64,000 bases of DNA from a virus (taxonomy: Duplodnaviria > Caudoviricetes). The notes under the pieces were generated by a model, which was not told where the DNA came from, searched no databases, and worked only from the letters and a program-made list of their open reading frames with translations. A program made the translations under genes and the position numbers. Shown one piece after another: positions 8,936 to 19,460 of the stretch. The stretch is taken from positions 11,012-75,011 of IMG/VR virus record IMGVR_UViG_3300017589_000080, one strand, 5' to 3'. Numbering within the stretch: position 1 is the first letter of the stretch; each line of letters starts with the position of its first letter.

Positions 8936-10997
8936 TGAACAATGGACAAACACAGGGTGGATTGAATGTTCCTGGTGTGATAATGTTAGAAAGATATACA
9001 TGCGTTGTAATGTTAGAGCTGTTACCTTTGATAATGGTTCTACTTATGCTGATATTTATGTTGACCTAGCATCTTACAATAGAGGAAGTGATTGGGGATT
9101 CTACATTGATGGTTTCTATAATGGTAATAGTCAGAGACTTAAGAATGGAGAAAATCAGTGGGCAAGTGATCTAACTGTAGGTTGGGGTGCTCAAGGTTTA
9201 GGAGCTGGTGCTTCTGGCTCAAGTACCATTTCATGGGGAACAACATCTCCTCAATATGGTGGTGCAGATACCAGAAGTATGACATTTTATTATCCAGCAA
9301 ATCCTGCTACTGCAAGTGTGGCTATTGCAGGGTCAACATCTAATCTTACAATGGATCCTACTGGAACTACAAAATCAGTTGCTATCTCTAATTCAATTAG
9401 TGGTTGTAGTTGGACATCTTCTTATATAACTTTTCAATGTCAAGAAGCATACCCAATAGTTGGGGATCTTGGAAGGGTAGATAATGTTTCAGGTATGCTA
9501 AGCTCTCCTCAATCGTTAGCTTTAAATACAACTAAGATGTTACAAGTTTACCAGAACTTTCCAAACAGTAAAACTTTAACATCATTAGAGTATGTTGAAG
9601 GGACTGCTACAGTAGTAGGAGGGAGGAATGCACAGAGAACTGGAGTATTAACTTTAAAAGAATTCCCTCCGACTATCTCCACCCCAGCAGTTTCTTTTAC
9701 AACTCCTGGTGCTTCTTTTGTTAATGCTAAGCCAATTAAAGGAAAGACTCTAGCTACAATTGTATCTACATGCACTTCTTTAAAATGGGCTTCATGTTCG
9801 TCTTATTCTGCTGTGTCTAATAATACAATAGCAGGCAGTTTTACAACAGTTACAGCAGCAGATGGAAGTGGGAATAGAACATCAGTTATGAATGTTACAA
9901 CTTTAGTCTGTGGTGGAGGTACATCATTGGATGGTAATGGTTCTATCTTGTTAACATTTACAGACTCAAGAGGTTTAAGTACTGCTCAGACTTTGTCATA
10001 TTCGAATTGGCAGAGCTATATCAGCCCATATCTTGAGAGTGGTCTTGTTACAAGAGCTGAGGGAGCAGAGACCTCTTTACAACTAACAGGTGTGGTTAAA
10101 GCACCTTCAATTTTACACACTAATGGATCTCAATTAAATGGTGTTGGTCAGACTCAATATCGATGGAAAGAATATGGAAGTGCTAATTTTAGTGGATGGA
10201 TTAGTGTTGGGTCAATCACTACAGGAGTCTTATCATCAACTCTTGGAAATACACTTACCACTGGTGCACCCTTTGCCATAGATAAAGAGTATGCTATTGA
10301 AGTAAAGATAAAAGACACTTATGGCACAGAGGTAACTTATTCTTATAGTGTTCCAAAAGCAGCTGTAAATCTATCAATTAGAACAAATTCAGTAGGTGTT
10401 AATTCTATTCCTCCAACTTTATATTATGTAAATGGTAATGTTGTTACACCCAGATCGTTTGCAGGGTTTTATGTTAAAGGAAGAATGTGGTCAACTATGG
10501 GAGATACAGTTCCAGTAGGTTCAGTAACTGCTATGTCAGTTTATATGTTACCTTCAGGATATCTGGAATGCATAGGTCAATATGTTAATATTGCAGACTA
10601 TCCTGATCTGTACAGTATTGTTGGCACCTTTTTTGGATCTGGCTCAGGATCCTTTAGATTGCCTGATTACACTTGTAGAGTATTAGGGGGAATAGGAACT
10701 TTAAATGATGGTCAGGAAAGTATTACTAAGTCTAATGGAATGGCTGATGGTACATGGTCACATTATTTAACGTATTATCAAATGCCCAGTCACAGCCACC
10801 AAGTTCCAGATACTGTATGGATGGACCAGCCAGGATCAAATACAAGGTGGACAGTTCCAGGATCTTCGGGAACTAACTGGTTTAACACAGTAGGGGTGGG
10901 AGGAAGATCTGCTGCCTATGTATCCAATGAGGGTAATGGAAATCTCCACTCTAACAGACAGCCAACAGCATATATTAGATGGTTAATGAAATACTAA
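8925..10997 (+). CDS. Tail fibre protein with C-terminal tail-collar domain
   Basis: VPVGSVTAM...PSGYLECIGQYVNIADYPDLYSIVGTFFG...FRLPD..RVLGG is a phage tail collar motif; S/T/G-rich body. Confidence 0.8.
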   Translation: MAYNEQWTNTGWIECSWCDNVRKIYMRCNVRAVTFDNGSTYADIYVDLASYNRGSDWGFYIDGFYNGNSQRLKNGENQWASDLTVGWGAQGLGAGASGSSTISWGTTSPQYGGADTRSMTFYYPANPATASVAIAGSTSNLTMDPTGTTKSVAISNSISGCSWTSSYITFQCQEAYPIVGDLGRVDNVSGMLSSPQSLALNTTKMLQVYQNFPNSKTLTSLEYVEGTATVVGGRNAQRTGVLTLKEFPPTISTPAVSFTTPGASFVNAKPIKGKTLATIVSTCTSLKWASCSSYSAVSNNTIAGSFTTVTAADGSGNRTSVMNVTTLVCGGGTSLDGNGSILLTFTDSRGLSTAQTLSYSNWQSYISPYLESGLVTRAEGAETSLQLTGVVKAPSILHTNGSQLNGVGQTQYRWKEYGSANFSGWISVGSITTGVLSSTLGNTLTTGAPFAIDKEYAIEVKIKDTYGTEVTYSYSVPKAAVNLSIRTNSVGVNSIPPTLYYVNGNVVTPRSFAGFYVKGRMWSTMGDTVPVGSVTAMSVYMLPSGYLECIGQYVNIADYPDLYSIVGTFFGSGSGSFRLPDYTCRVLGGIGTLNDGQESITKSNGMADGTWSHYLTYYQMPSHSHQVPDTVWMDQPGSNTRWTVPGSSGTNWFNTVGVGGRSAAYVSNEGNGNLHSNRQPTAYIRWLMKY

Positions 10998-11016
10998 ATG
11001 AGAAGAGGATACTGAA

Positions 11017-11358
11017 ATGAAGATTACAAGAAACAACATTAGCATGATAAGAGGAGACAGTGAGACAATTACTGTCTCATGCAAAGACTCTAACAAAGCT
11101 GACATCCCATTGGTAACTGGCGATACTGTATACTTTACAATAAAGAATACAGTCAATGATATAGAGAAGATATTACAAAAAGTTATTACTGAATTTGTTA
11201 ATGGCACTGCAATAATTCCAATCTCTCCAGAAGATACAAAGACATTAGACTTTTCAACATATGTCTATGACATTCAATTAAAGTTTGCAGATGGAACAAT
11301 TAAAACAATTATTACTCCAAGTGAGTTTACGATTGAAGGTGAAGTAACCTATGAGTAA
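11017..11358 (+). CDS. BppU-like baseplate/fibre adaptor
   Basis: ISMIRGDSETITV...YFTIK...G.AIIPISPEDTK.L....YVYDIQL pattern of small BppU N-terminal-domain proteins. Confidence 0.6.
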   Translation: MKITRNNISMIRGDSETITVSCKDSNKADIPLVTGDTVYFTIKNTVNDIEKILQKVITEFVNGTAIIPISPEDTKTLDFSTYVYDIQLKFADGTIKTIITPSEFTIEGEVTYE

Positions 11359-11752
11359 TTCACTAATCGGAATTGTAACTTCCGATGGTGGTCTATCTGG
11401 TGTGTTAGACACAGGTCTATCAATAGAGACAACCATTAATGGTGAGTTACTCATCGAAACAACAATGATTGCATCTGGACCAAAAGGAGATACTGGTGAT
11501 CCTGGAGTTCAAGGAGTGCCAGGAGAGAAAGGAGATATGGGATACATTGATGGGGTGGATTTAACATTCCCATTTACTCAATTAACACCATCAAAAATCT
11601 GGTGTATTAACCATAATCTAAATAAGATACCAAGTGTTACTGTAATGGATTCAGCAGGTACAGTTGTCTATGGCGATGTCACAAACCCAGATAAGAATAA
11701 TACGGTAATAGAATTTTGCTCAGCTTTCTCAGGGAAAGCTTCTTTAAACTAG
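11351..11752 (+). CDS. Short collagen-repeat tail protein
   Basis: GPKGDTGDPGVQGVPGEKGDMG Gly-X-Y run, followed by a W.INHNLNKIPSVTVMD domain. Confidence 0.65.
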   Translation: MSNSLIGIVTSDGGLSGVLDTGLSIETTINGELLIETTMIASGPKGDTGDPGVQGVPGEKGDMGYIDGVDLTFPFTQLTPSKIWCINHNLNKIPSVTVMDSAGTVVYGDVTNPDKNNTVIEFCSAFSGKASLN

Positions 11753-11767
11753 AAAGGACATAAAAAT

Positions 11768-13339
11768 ATGGCGACACCATTTTTAGCAGGAATAAACTTA
11801 GCAAGAACAGAGATATTAAATGCAAGAATTCAGAACCTTGCAACTGCTCCAGGGAGTCCATTAGATGGACTGATTTATTATGATACTACAACTCATAAGT
11901 TATGTTACTATGCAAATGGAACATGGGTAGATTCAGGAAGTAATGGTGGTGAGATCTTCACTACTGCAATGATGAATCTATTAAACACATCAACAAATCT
12001 TAACACTAACTCAGCAATTGTAATGAGAGATGCGTCAGGTAACTTTAGTGCTGGAACAATTACAGGTGCTTTAGCTGGTAACGCATCAACAGCAACAAAA
12101 TTAGCAACATCAAGAACAGTTTCCATTACAGGTGCTGGTACAGGTTCAGCTTCTTTCGATGGTAGTGCAAATGCATCAATAGCTTTAACATTAGCAACTG
12201 TTGCAACTGCAGGAACCTTCGGAAAAGTAACTATCAATGCACAAGGTCTTGTAACTAGTGGAACATCATTAGTTGCAGCTGACATTCCAACTTTAACATT
12301 AGCAAAGATAAGTGATGCTGGAACTGCTGCAAGTAAGAATACTGGTACTGGGTCTGGTAACATTCCAGTCTTGGATGGTTCAGGTAAATTAAGTACATCT
12401 ATCTTACCATCAATTACAATCACGAATTCATTCCCAGTAGTGAGTCAAGCAGAGATGTTAGCATTGGTTGCTGAGACTGGAGACATTGCAATTCGATCAG
12501 ACTTAAATAAGAGTTTTATCTTGTCAACTGATGCTCCATCCGTTCTTGCCAACTGGCTTGAATTATTAACACCAACAGATTCAGTATTCAGTGTTGCAGG
12601 TAAGACAGGAACAGTTACATTAGTTAAAGGAGATGTTGGTCTTGGAAATGTTGATAACACAGCAGATAGTGCAAAAGCAGTATTAAGTGCAACTAAGTTA
12701 GCAACAGCAAGAGCAATTGCATTAAGTGGAGATGCTACTGGAACAATTAACTTTGATGGTACTGCTGGTGTTACAATTCCAATGGTTCTTGCAAATATCG
12801 CAACTGCTGGAACTTATAGATCTGTAACAATTAATGCTAAAGGTCAAGTTACTGCAGGTACAAATCCAACAACTTTAGCAGGATATGGCATTACCGATGC
12901 TGCTCCAAGTTCTCATGTTGGAACAGGTGGTGCTGCTCATGCTGATGCAACCACTTCTGTTGATGGCTTTATGACAGCTGCAGATAAAACGAAGTTAGAT
13001 GGAGTTGCTACAGGTGCAAATGCATACTCTCATCCAGCTAATCATCCAGCATCAGTAATAACTCAAGACTCTAGCAATAGATTTGTTTCAGATGCAGAGA
13101 AGACTTCTTGGGGTGGTAAGGCAAGCAAATATTCACAGGCAATTGGTAATGGAGTTTTAACTACAATTGTTGTTACTCATGGGCTAGGAACTCAGGATGT
13201 GGCTGTAGGAATAAGAGAAACTTTGACACCATTTGAACATGTAATGTGTGATATTCATTCTACAACAGTTAATACAACAACCTTTACATTTGCAAATCCA
13301 CCAACATCAAATCAGTACACAGTAACAATTGTAGGTTAA
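11768..13339 (+). CDS. Tail fibre protein
   Basis: A/T/G/S-rich shaft with repeated ATKLAT.R.., KVT.NA.G.VT.G and VGLGNVDNTAD fibre motifs; C-terminal VVTHGLGTQDV domain. Confidence 0.8.
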   Translation: MATPFLAGINLARTEILNARIQNLATAPGSPLDGLIYYDTTTHKLCYYANGTWVDSGSNGGEIFTTAMMNLLNTSTNLNTNSAIVMRDASGNFSAGTITGALAGNASTATKLATSRTVSITGAGTGSASFDGSANASIALTLATVATAGTFGKVTINAQGLVTSGTSLVAADIPTLTLAKISDAGTAASKNTGTGSGNIPVLDGSGKLSTSILPSITITNSFPVVSQAEMLALVAETGDIAIRSDLNKSFILSTDAPSVLANWLELLTPTDSVFSVAGKTGTVTLVKGDVGLGNVDNTADSAKAVLSATKLATARAIALSGDATGTINFDGTAGVTIPMVLANIATAGTYRSVTINAKGQVTAGTNPTTLAGYGITDAAPSSHVGTGGAAHADATTSVDGFMTAADKTKLDGVATGANAYSHPANHPASVITQDSSNRFVSDAEKTSWGGKASKYSQAIGNGVLTTIVVTHGLGTQDVAVGIRETLTPFEHVMCDIHSTTVNTTTFTFANPPTSNQYTVTIVG

Positions 13340-13343
13340 TCCT

Positions 13344-14441
13344 ATGAAATATTTAAATACATTAAAAGATAGTACAGGTAGTTCTGTATGGACTGGAAGT
13401 AATGATGGTACAGGTAGTGGGTTAGATGCAGACTTATTAGATGGACTAAGTTCTGCATCTTTTGCAAGAGCTCTGGATGCGACAGTGGCTCAGATAAATA
13501 CAGTTCTTTTACTACCAGGAATTTATAGAGTAGAATCTGAAGATATAACTAACTTGCCTGGGAATTATTTTTATATCTATCATTCAGGACCTTACTCTGG
13601 TGGAGGTTATTGTTCTCAGATAGCAATACCTTTTACAGGTGGGACTAATGAAGGTATGTATCTACGAGTAGCTAGTGGTTCTACTTGGGGAAATTGGGTT
13701 AAGTTAGCAGTAAATGCAACTGATGTAGGTCTTGGTAATGTTAATAATACTACAGATGCTTTAAAACCAGTATCAACTGCAACTCAAACAGCTTTAAATT
13801 TAAAATTAGATATTTCATCATATACAGCTTCAGACATATTAACTAAATTAAAAACTGTAGATGGAGCAGGAAGTGGGTTAGATGCAGATTTATTAGATGG
13901 TTTATCAAGTTCACAATTTTTAAGATCAGATATTTCAAATACAATAACAGGAACTTTAACAGCTAGTAATGGGGATGCAACATATGGCGTGTCTCCTTTA
14001 CCTTCAATTGAATTAGGTACTAATTTAACTAAATGCGGAAGTATAAAATTATGGGGAACTACTACTAGTGCTTATGGGTCAGTTCATATGACGACTAATA
14101 ATTTACATATAGATCCAGGAGCAACTCCAGGTCGAATATATTTAAATTTTTATGCAGGAGATGGAGTAATATTTGGTAATGGAGCTTCATCAATAGTAGC
14201 AAATATGGATATTAATGGTCAATTATGGAAAGGTAGTAGTAAGTATTGGCACGACACAAATGATGGGTCGGGATCAGGTTTAGATGCTGATTTATTGGAA
14301 GGTTATCATGCCGCTTTTGTTAATGCAGCAAACACTATTCCAATAAGAGATGGAAATGGTAATATTGCATCAACAAGCAATACTGTTGGAACATGGACAA
14401 TTAAAGAAAATGCAGATGGATCTTTAGGGTTCTTTGTATAG
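13344..14441 (+). CDS. Tail fibre protein
   Basis: Three GSGLDADLL(D/E)G motifs and a VGLGNVNNTTDALKPVSTATQTAL fibre motif. Confidence 0.75.
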   Translation: MKYLNTLKDSTGSSVWTGSNDGTGSGLDADLLDGLSSASFARALDATVAQINTVLLLPGIYRVESEDITNLPGNYFYIYHSGPYSGGGYCSQIAIPFTGGTNEGMYLRVASGSTWGNWVKLAVNATDVGLGNVNNTTDALKPVSTATQTALNLKLDISSYTASDILTKLKTVDGAGSGLDADLLDGLSSSQFLRSDISNTITGTLTASNGDATYGVSPLPSIELGTNLTKCGSIKLWGTTTSAYGSVHMTTNNLHIDPGATPGRIYLNFYAGDGVIFGNGASSIVANMDINGQLWKGSSKYWHDTNDGSGSGLDADLLEGYHAAFVNAANTIPIRDGNGNIASTSNTVGTWTIKENADGSLGFFV

Positions 14442-14453
14442 TGAGGAAATAAA

Positions 14454-17360
14454 ATGGCTCAAGTAGCAAATATCTCAAAAGAAGGGGATTTTAGTATTAT
14501 ATCAGAAGTTGACTCAAGACTACCATCTGTTAACTCTGAATTAACTGCTTATTTCCCTTTTGATGGTAAGGGGGGCACAGTTGATGTGGTACAGGGGTAT
14601 ACTAACACTCAGGGTACTGCATCTAAAGTAAATATATTAGAGAGTTTAAGTAAATCTTGGACTGATCCTTCTAACTGGACTGGGTCTCCTTATTGGGATT
14701 TTAATGAACAGGCTCTTGTGTTCCCAAATTCAGGAACAGTATTATCTAATCCCATTCCCATAGACACTTCAAAACACTGGTTTCTTGAAGCAACAATGAA
14801 AGAAAGTATAGGGTCTACAGGAGGAATGTACTTAGGGACTATATCTTATGATGCAAATATGAATCAGCTTACAGGACATCCTGGAAGTTATGATTATTTT
14901 GGTAATGTGGGTTCTGCTTGTCCTACTACTTGGACAATATACAATAATAATATAATAGGTGGTATTAATGGTAATGGGAGAACTGGTGAAAATACAAATG
15001 CAGGAGATTATGCATCTTGGCACACAGGAACTAAGTTTGCTCGTATTATGATTCTTCCTAATTATAGTGGATCGGGGAAAACTTACGTAAAAGACTTAAA
15101 ATTTTACTATAGTGATGCTGATACTTCTAATACTATAATTACAAATAAAGGAATATCTATTGAAGAGGGGACAACTAATTATGTAGTCTCTCCTTTAGAC
15201 CCATCAGGTGGGTGGCAAGGAAGAACTTCTACAATAATTCCTTATTACAATCTCCCTTTAGGGAAGGGTTATGAGGATCTACCAGAAAATGCTAAAGGGT
15301 ACAAAATGGATAAAACCTGTAATGCAAATACATGGTCTGGTAATGCATATTCTTATACGAATGTGAGAAATCACCCATGTGTTATAAATGTTAAGTATTC
15401 TATAAGTGTGTGGTGTTTTGTGTCTTCAGATTTTAATGGAACATGGGCAATGCTTGAGTGCGAAGGAAGTAGTAGTGGCTCAATAAATTATGATATGTCT
15501 AAAAAAGGGACATGGCAAAAACTTACTATGACTAATACTGCAACAGCTACAGGAACTTTTCCAACACACCTATATTGGTGTAAAGGTGGAGTTACTGATT
15601 TTTCAACTTTAGAAGGGTATGTGATTTATTTAGCTCCTCAGATAGAAGAAAAAGCTTATGTTACTTCTTTTGTAAATGGATCAAAAGGAATGGCTCAGAT
15701 TAATATATTAACTAATATAGGGGTAAAAGATTTTACTATAGTTGGAGAGTTCATTCCTAATCAAAACTCTGATCTACTTCCTGATGGATCTTATTTTCTG
15801 AATTTAGGGGGAGGTTTTATAATAAGCACTTATCAACAAGTTCCTTATTTAGCAGGTAATACTATAGCAGGTGCAGGAGGACATAATGTACATCTTGACT
15901 ATAATACCACTCCAAACAGTAAGGTAACCTACATTATACAGAGAAGTGGGACAACTTTTTCTTGGAGGATGATTGATACAAATGGTCAAGATGTAACATG
16001 GATTAAAACTCATACTAATGTACCTTTAATCTCTATTTCAACCTTGGTATTTTATGGGTCTTGGGGAGGAAAACATAAAAATCTATCTATTTATAATAAA
16101 GTTTTATCAAGTACTGAAATAAGTGAGATGTTAAAGAGTAGGTTTCATTTAAATAAGATGGGTTCCCTTTTAAATGAGATCATAGAAAGACCTTATGGAA
16201 TTCCTCTTGATGCTTATTACTACCCCTTAGGTCTTGATACTAAAGATGAATATAAAAATTACTCCTCTTCCACTGCAAATAACTTAGCTTATGAGGAGGG
16301 GAGTGTATGGGTAGGTAGCTCTTCCACTAATCTATTACAACCTTTAGAGCCTAGTTGGGGAGTTTGGGGAGGGTTTACAGGCTCATCTACTAATTTTTTA
16401 GCACCTGACGGAACTAATGGTGTTCATTTATCAGCTCTAACTTCGGGAGGGTGTCGTTGGTATGGTCCTGGAAACCGATTCAATGCCAGTGGCTCTAGCC
16501 TTTACATGGTAACAGCTATAGTAAAATATACAGTTGAGCCTTCTGTTAATTTATTTTATATAAGACAATATAGAGCTGACAACACTCAAATTTCTGAGTT
16601 TGGGATTTTTAGTCCATCAGGAAAAGTGTCTTTAGGGAATGGATGGTATAGAGTAAGTAAAACTTTTACCAGTTCCTCTGAATGTACCACTTTCTCAGTT
16701 GAGGGTTATGAATATGGTGTAACTGATGTATATATGTATAATATACAATGTGAACAGAAGTCTTTTCCAACGCCATACGTAAATGGGACTAGAAGTACTA
16801 GTTACATAGCATTTAATTTTAACTCGTCCATTGGTTTAAGTTGGGCTGGTGACTGGTCAATTGTTTATTGGAAAAAACCAGTAGCTACACATTCTAATAA
16901 TTTAACAGGATATAATATAGAATCTCTTGGGTGTAATGGTAATAGCACTGGAGGAGGTTATACTTGGTGGGGTAAGACAGATGGAGTAGATACCATTAAT
17001 AGCTCGAATCCTTTAGGATTTACACCAAGTAAGTTTTTTAATAAATGGAGAATGGTTAGTTTAGTTAAATCAGGGACTACAGTGATTGTAAAAGAATGGT
17101 CTCAGGAAGCTGTACATATAAGAACTATATCAACCACAAATACAGTGTCTAACTATTATGTTACTCAGTATGGTTATGACTTTAAGATGAGTGGCTGGGA
17201 TAATGGAAACTCTTGTAACTCATATTTTAGAGATTTAATTGTTACTAAAAGAGCATTAACAGATATAGAAGTAAGCAATTTATATAAAAATATGCTAACT
17301 GATAATAAATTAGGAGATGTTTATATTCAAAATCAATTAATGGAAGGAGATGTATTTTAA
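14454..17360 (+). CDS. Receptor-binding protein with LamG/lectin-like and carbohydrate-binding modules
   Basis: Internally duplicated AYFPFDG / YYYPLGLD, EEGTTN / SSSTNLL and QIEEKAYVTSFVNG / QCEQKSFPTPYVNG segments; Trp/Tyr-rich. Confidence 0.65.
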   Translation: MAQVANISKEGDFSIISEVDSRLPSVNSELTAYFPFDGKGGTVDVVQGYTNTQGTASKVNILESLSKSWTDPSNWTGSPYWDFNEQALVFPNSGTVLSNPIPIDTSKHWFLEATMKESIGSTGGMYLGTISYDANMNQLTGHPGSYDYFGNVGSACPTTWTIYNNNIIGGINGNGRTGENTNAGDYASWHTGTKFARIMILPNYSGSGKTYVKDLKFYYSDADTSNTIITNKGISIEEGTTNYVVSPLDPSGGWQGRTSTIIPYYNLPLGKGYEDLPENAKGYKMDKTCNANTWSGNAYSYTNVRNHPCVINVKYSISVWCFVSSDFNGTWAMLECEGSSSGSINYDMSKKGTWQKLTMTNTATATGTFPTHLYWCKGGVTDFSTLEGYVIYLAPQIEEKAYVTSFVNGSKGMAQINILTNIGVKDFTIVGEFIPNQNSDLLPDGSYFLNLGGGFIISTYQQVPYLAGNTIAGAGGHNVHLDYNTTPNSKVTYIIQRSGTTFSWRMIDTNGQDVTWIKTHTNVPLISISTLVFYGSWGGKHKNLSIYNKVLSSTEISEMLKSRFHLNKMGSLLNEIIERPYGIPLDAYYYPLGLDTKDEYKNYSSSTANNLAYEEGSVWVGSSSTNLLQPLEPSWGVWGGFTGSSTNFLAPDGTNGVHLSALTSGGCRWYGPGNRFNASGSSLYMVTAIVKYTVEPSVNLFYIRQYRADNTQISEFGIFSPSGKVSLGNGWYRVSKTFTSSSECTTFSVEGYEYGVTDVYMYNIQCEQKSFPTPYVNGTRSTSYIAFNFNSSIGLSWAGDWSIVYWKKPVATHSNNLTGYNIESLGCNGNSTGGGYTWWGKTDGVDTINSSNPLGFTPSKFFNKWRMVSLVKSGTTVIVKEWSQEAVHIRTISTTNTVSNYYVTQYGYDFKMSGWDNGNSCNSYFRDLIVTKRALTDIEVSNLYKNMLTDNKLGDVYIQNQLMEGDVF

Positions 17361-18136
17361 TGGGATCTTTAAGAGGTGGAACTACCATTGGAGGGTTTCT
17401 AGCAACACATTATGATAATTTTAGACTAATGTTAAAGAATCTTACTAATATAACGTTAACTGGAGAAGTGACAGGAACTGCTAAATTTGACGCTGATGGA
17501 AATCTTTCAATGGCAACTTCTTTAACTGCTGCTGATGTTTTAGCAAAGATTAAAACAGTTGATGGATCGGGAAGTGGTTTAGATGCAGATACTGTTGATG
17601 GTATGAATGTAGTTTCTGGGTCACCTACGGCAAGTTCAATCGTAGCACGTACCTCAGATGGCTATATCTATGCAAATTATTATAATAGTAGTCGGGGAGA
17701 AGAAGGAACAGCAGCAGCATCTTATATTTATGATACAGGTGATGGATGGATGCGTAAGAAATCATTAGCGAATGTAAGAACTGAAATAATGGGTGTTGGT
17801 AGCGGAACTTCTTTTATGAGAACAGATGCTAATACAGCAACAACGGGTTCAATAGATGTCAGTGGTGGGTCAGGAACAGCTTATAATACAGCCCCTATAG
17901 AAATACTAATGGGTTTTCCCAGAATAGGATTTCATATACCAGGTGTCGTAGCTTCTCAAGTAGGGATGAATAGTAGTGGAGAGATTGTTGCATATAATAA
18001 TCCAGGAACAGGTTATACTGCTTTTAGAGCTGCTGCTATTTATACAAATGATGTCCCAGTGTCTACTACTAAAGTATATTATCAAGCAGCAACTCCAACA
18101 ATGAATAATGGAGATATCTGGTTTAAAATTATATAA
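17360..18136 (+). CDS. Tail fibre protein
   Basis: LAKIKTVDGSGSGLDADTVDG motif; MGSL.G.TIGG N-terminus; YQAATPT...GDIWF C-terminus. Confidence 0.7.
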   Translation: MGSLRGGTTIGGFLATHYDNFRLMLKNLTNITLTGEVTGTAKFDADGNLSMATSLTAADVLAKIKTVDGSGSGLDADTVDGMNVVSGSPTASSIVARTSDGYIYANYYNSSRGEEGTAAASYIYDTGDGWMRKKSLANVRTEIMGVGSGTSFMRTDANTATTGSIDVSGGSGTAYNTAPIEILMGFPRIGFHIPGVVASQVGMNSSGEIVAYNNPGTGYTAFRAAAIYTNDVPVSTTKVYYQAATPTMNNGDIWFKII

Positions 18137-18154
18137 TTAAGAGAGGTCATCTAG

Positions 18155-19459
18155 ATGGCATATAATGAACAATGGACTGATACTGGATGGCAGGTATGTG
18201 CATATTGTGATAATGTTAGAAAGTTCTCACAACGGTGTAGAGTAAGAGCTGTCACCAATGATAATGGCACAACTTTTGCAGATGTCTATGTCGATCTTAG
18301 TGCATATAACTCTGGTAGTTACTGGGGTTACGCAATAAGAGGTAGATATGCATCAGGGAGCATTCAGTTAAAAGGCACTGAAAGTTCTTGGGCTACTGAT
18401 AAGACTGTTAGTTGGGGAGGTCAAGGTCTTGGTGGAGTAGCATCAGGGACAAGTTATATCACATGGGGTACAGAATCAGACTATGGTAGTCCTGATATAC
18501 GTGGATTAACATTTAGTTATCCAGTATCGCCAACAACATGGGGATCTCCTGTATGGATTGGACTTAATTCAACAATGACCACAGGTCAGCCAGAGATAAA
18601 TGCAACATGGGCAAGATACTCTAATTCAACTTATTGTCAATTTCAACTAAGAGGGACAATGAATGGGGCGATTATATTTAATAGAGGTTATAACAGAAAT
18701 GTACTGTCTTCTAAATTTACCTTAGATAAACATGAATTGGCTCGTTTATTTGATGCTCTTGGAGAGAGTACTACTGGAACTTTAAGTGTTTCAATTATTG
18801 GAAGGTACTTGGGTAATGGATATGGAACAGCAAGTAATTCAATTAATGTTACTGTAACTAAGAACTCTACAAAATTACTTCCTTTACAAGCTGATATGCA
18901 TACTAAGAATAGTTCAGTGTCAGCAGACCCTATTCGAGTTCTTCCATATACAAATTTAGATCTATATGAATATGCTGAACCAATAACTCTAAAAAATTAC
19001 AATGATCTGGCGTGGCCAGCAATTCCTGATAATTATTCGTATGATTTTATATTTGAAGAGGTATCAGTTGGAGTTAAGGAATATAATCCGAAACATTGTG
19101 CATTTTCTACTGAGTGGGGACTTCCTTATGATAAGGGAATAAGAGTTTTAAAATCTGGATGGTATACAGTAGCAGCTCAATTATATATTTCAAATAATAA
19201 CTCAAGAGGTATACTGGAGATTATAAGGTGGAATAGTAGTGGGGCTTTAATTGACTCAAAGTTAGCTAATTTTGGATATCCAGCAGATATCTACACAGGA
19301 GTTACAACCAACTTAACAATGTATGTTTCAGCAGGAGAGGCATTGTCTATGAGATGGTCAAATGCAAATAATATAACAGGCAGACTTCATAATTCATTAG
19401 GGACTCACTTTACCATATTCCCTTTGTCTTATTCAGAAAATCTAATAGTGGGAGGGTGA
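18155..19459 (+). CDS. Tail fibre/RBP sharing its N-terminal domain with 8925
   Basis: MAYNEQWT.TGW..C..CDNVRK N-terminus matches 8925 over about 120 aa; C-terminal C1q/TNF-like region (SGWYTVAAQLY). Confidence 0.7.
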   Translation: MAYNEQWTDTGWQVCAYCDNVRKFSQRCRVRAVTNDNGTTFADVYVDLSAYNSGSYWGYAIRGRYASGSIQLKGTESSWATDKTVSWGGQGLGGVASGTSYITWGTESDYGSPDIRGLTFSYPVSPTTWGSPVWIGLNSTMTTGQPEINATWARYSNSTYCQFQLRGTMNGAIIFNRGYNRNVLSSKFTLDKHELARLFDALGESTTGTLSVSIIGRYLGNGYGTASNSINVTVTKNSTKLLPLQADMHTKNSSVSADPIRVLPYTNLDLYEYAEPITLKNYNDLAWPAIPDNYSYDFIFEEVSVGVKEYNPKHCAFSTEWGLPYDKGIRVLKSGWYTVAAQLYISNNNSRGILEIIRWNSSGALIDSKLANFGYPADIYTGVTTNLTMYVSAGEALSMRWSNANNITGRLHNSLGTHFTIFPLSYSENLIVGG

Positions 19460-19460
19460 A

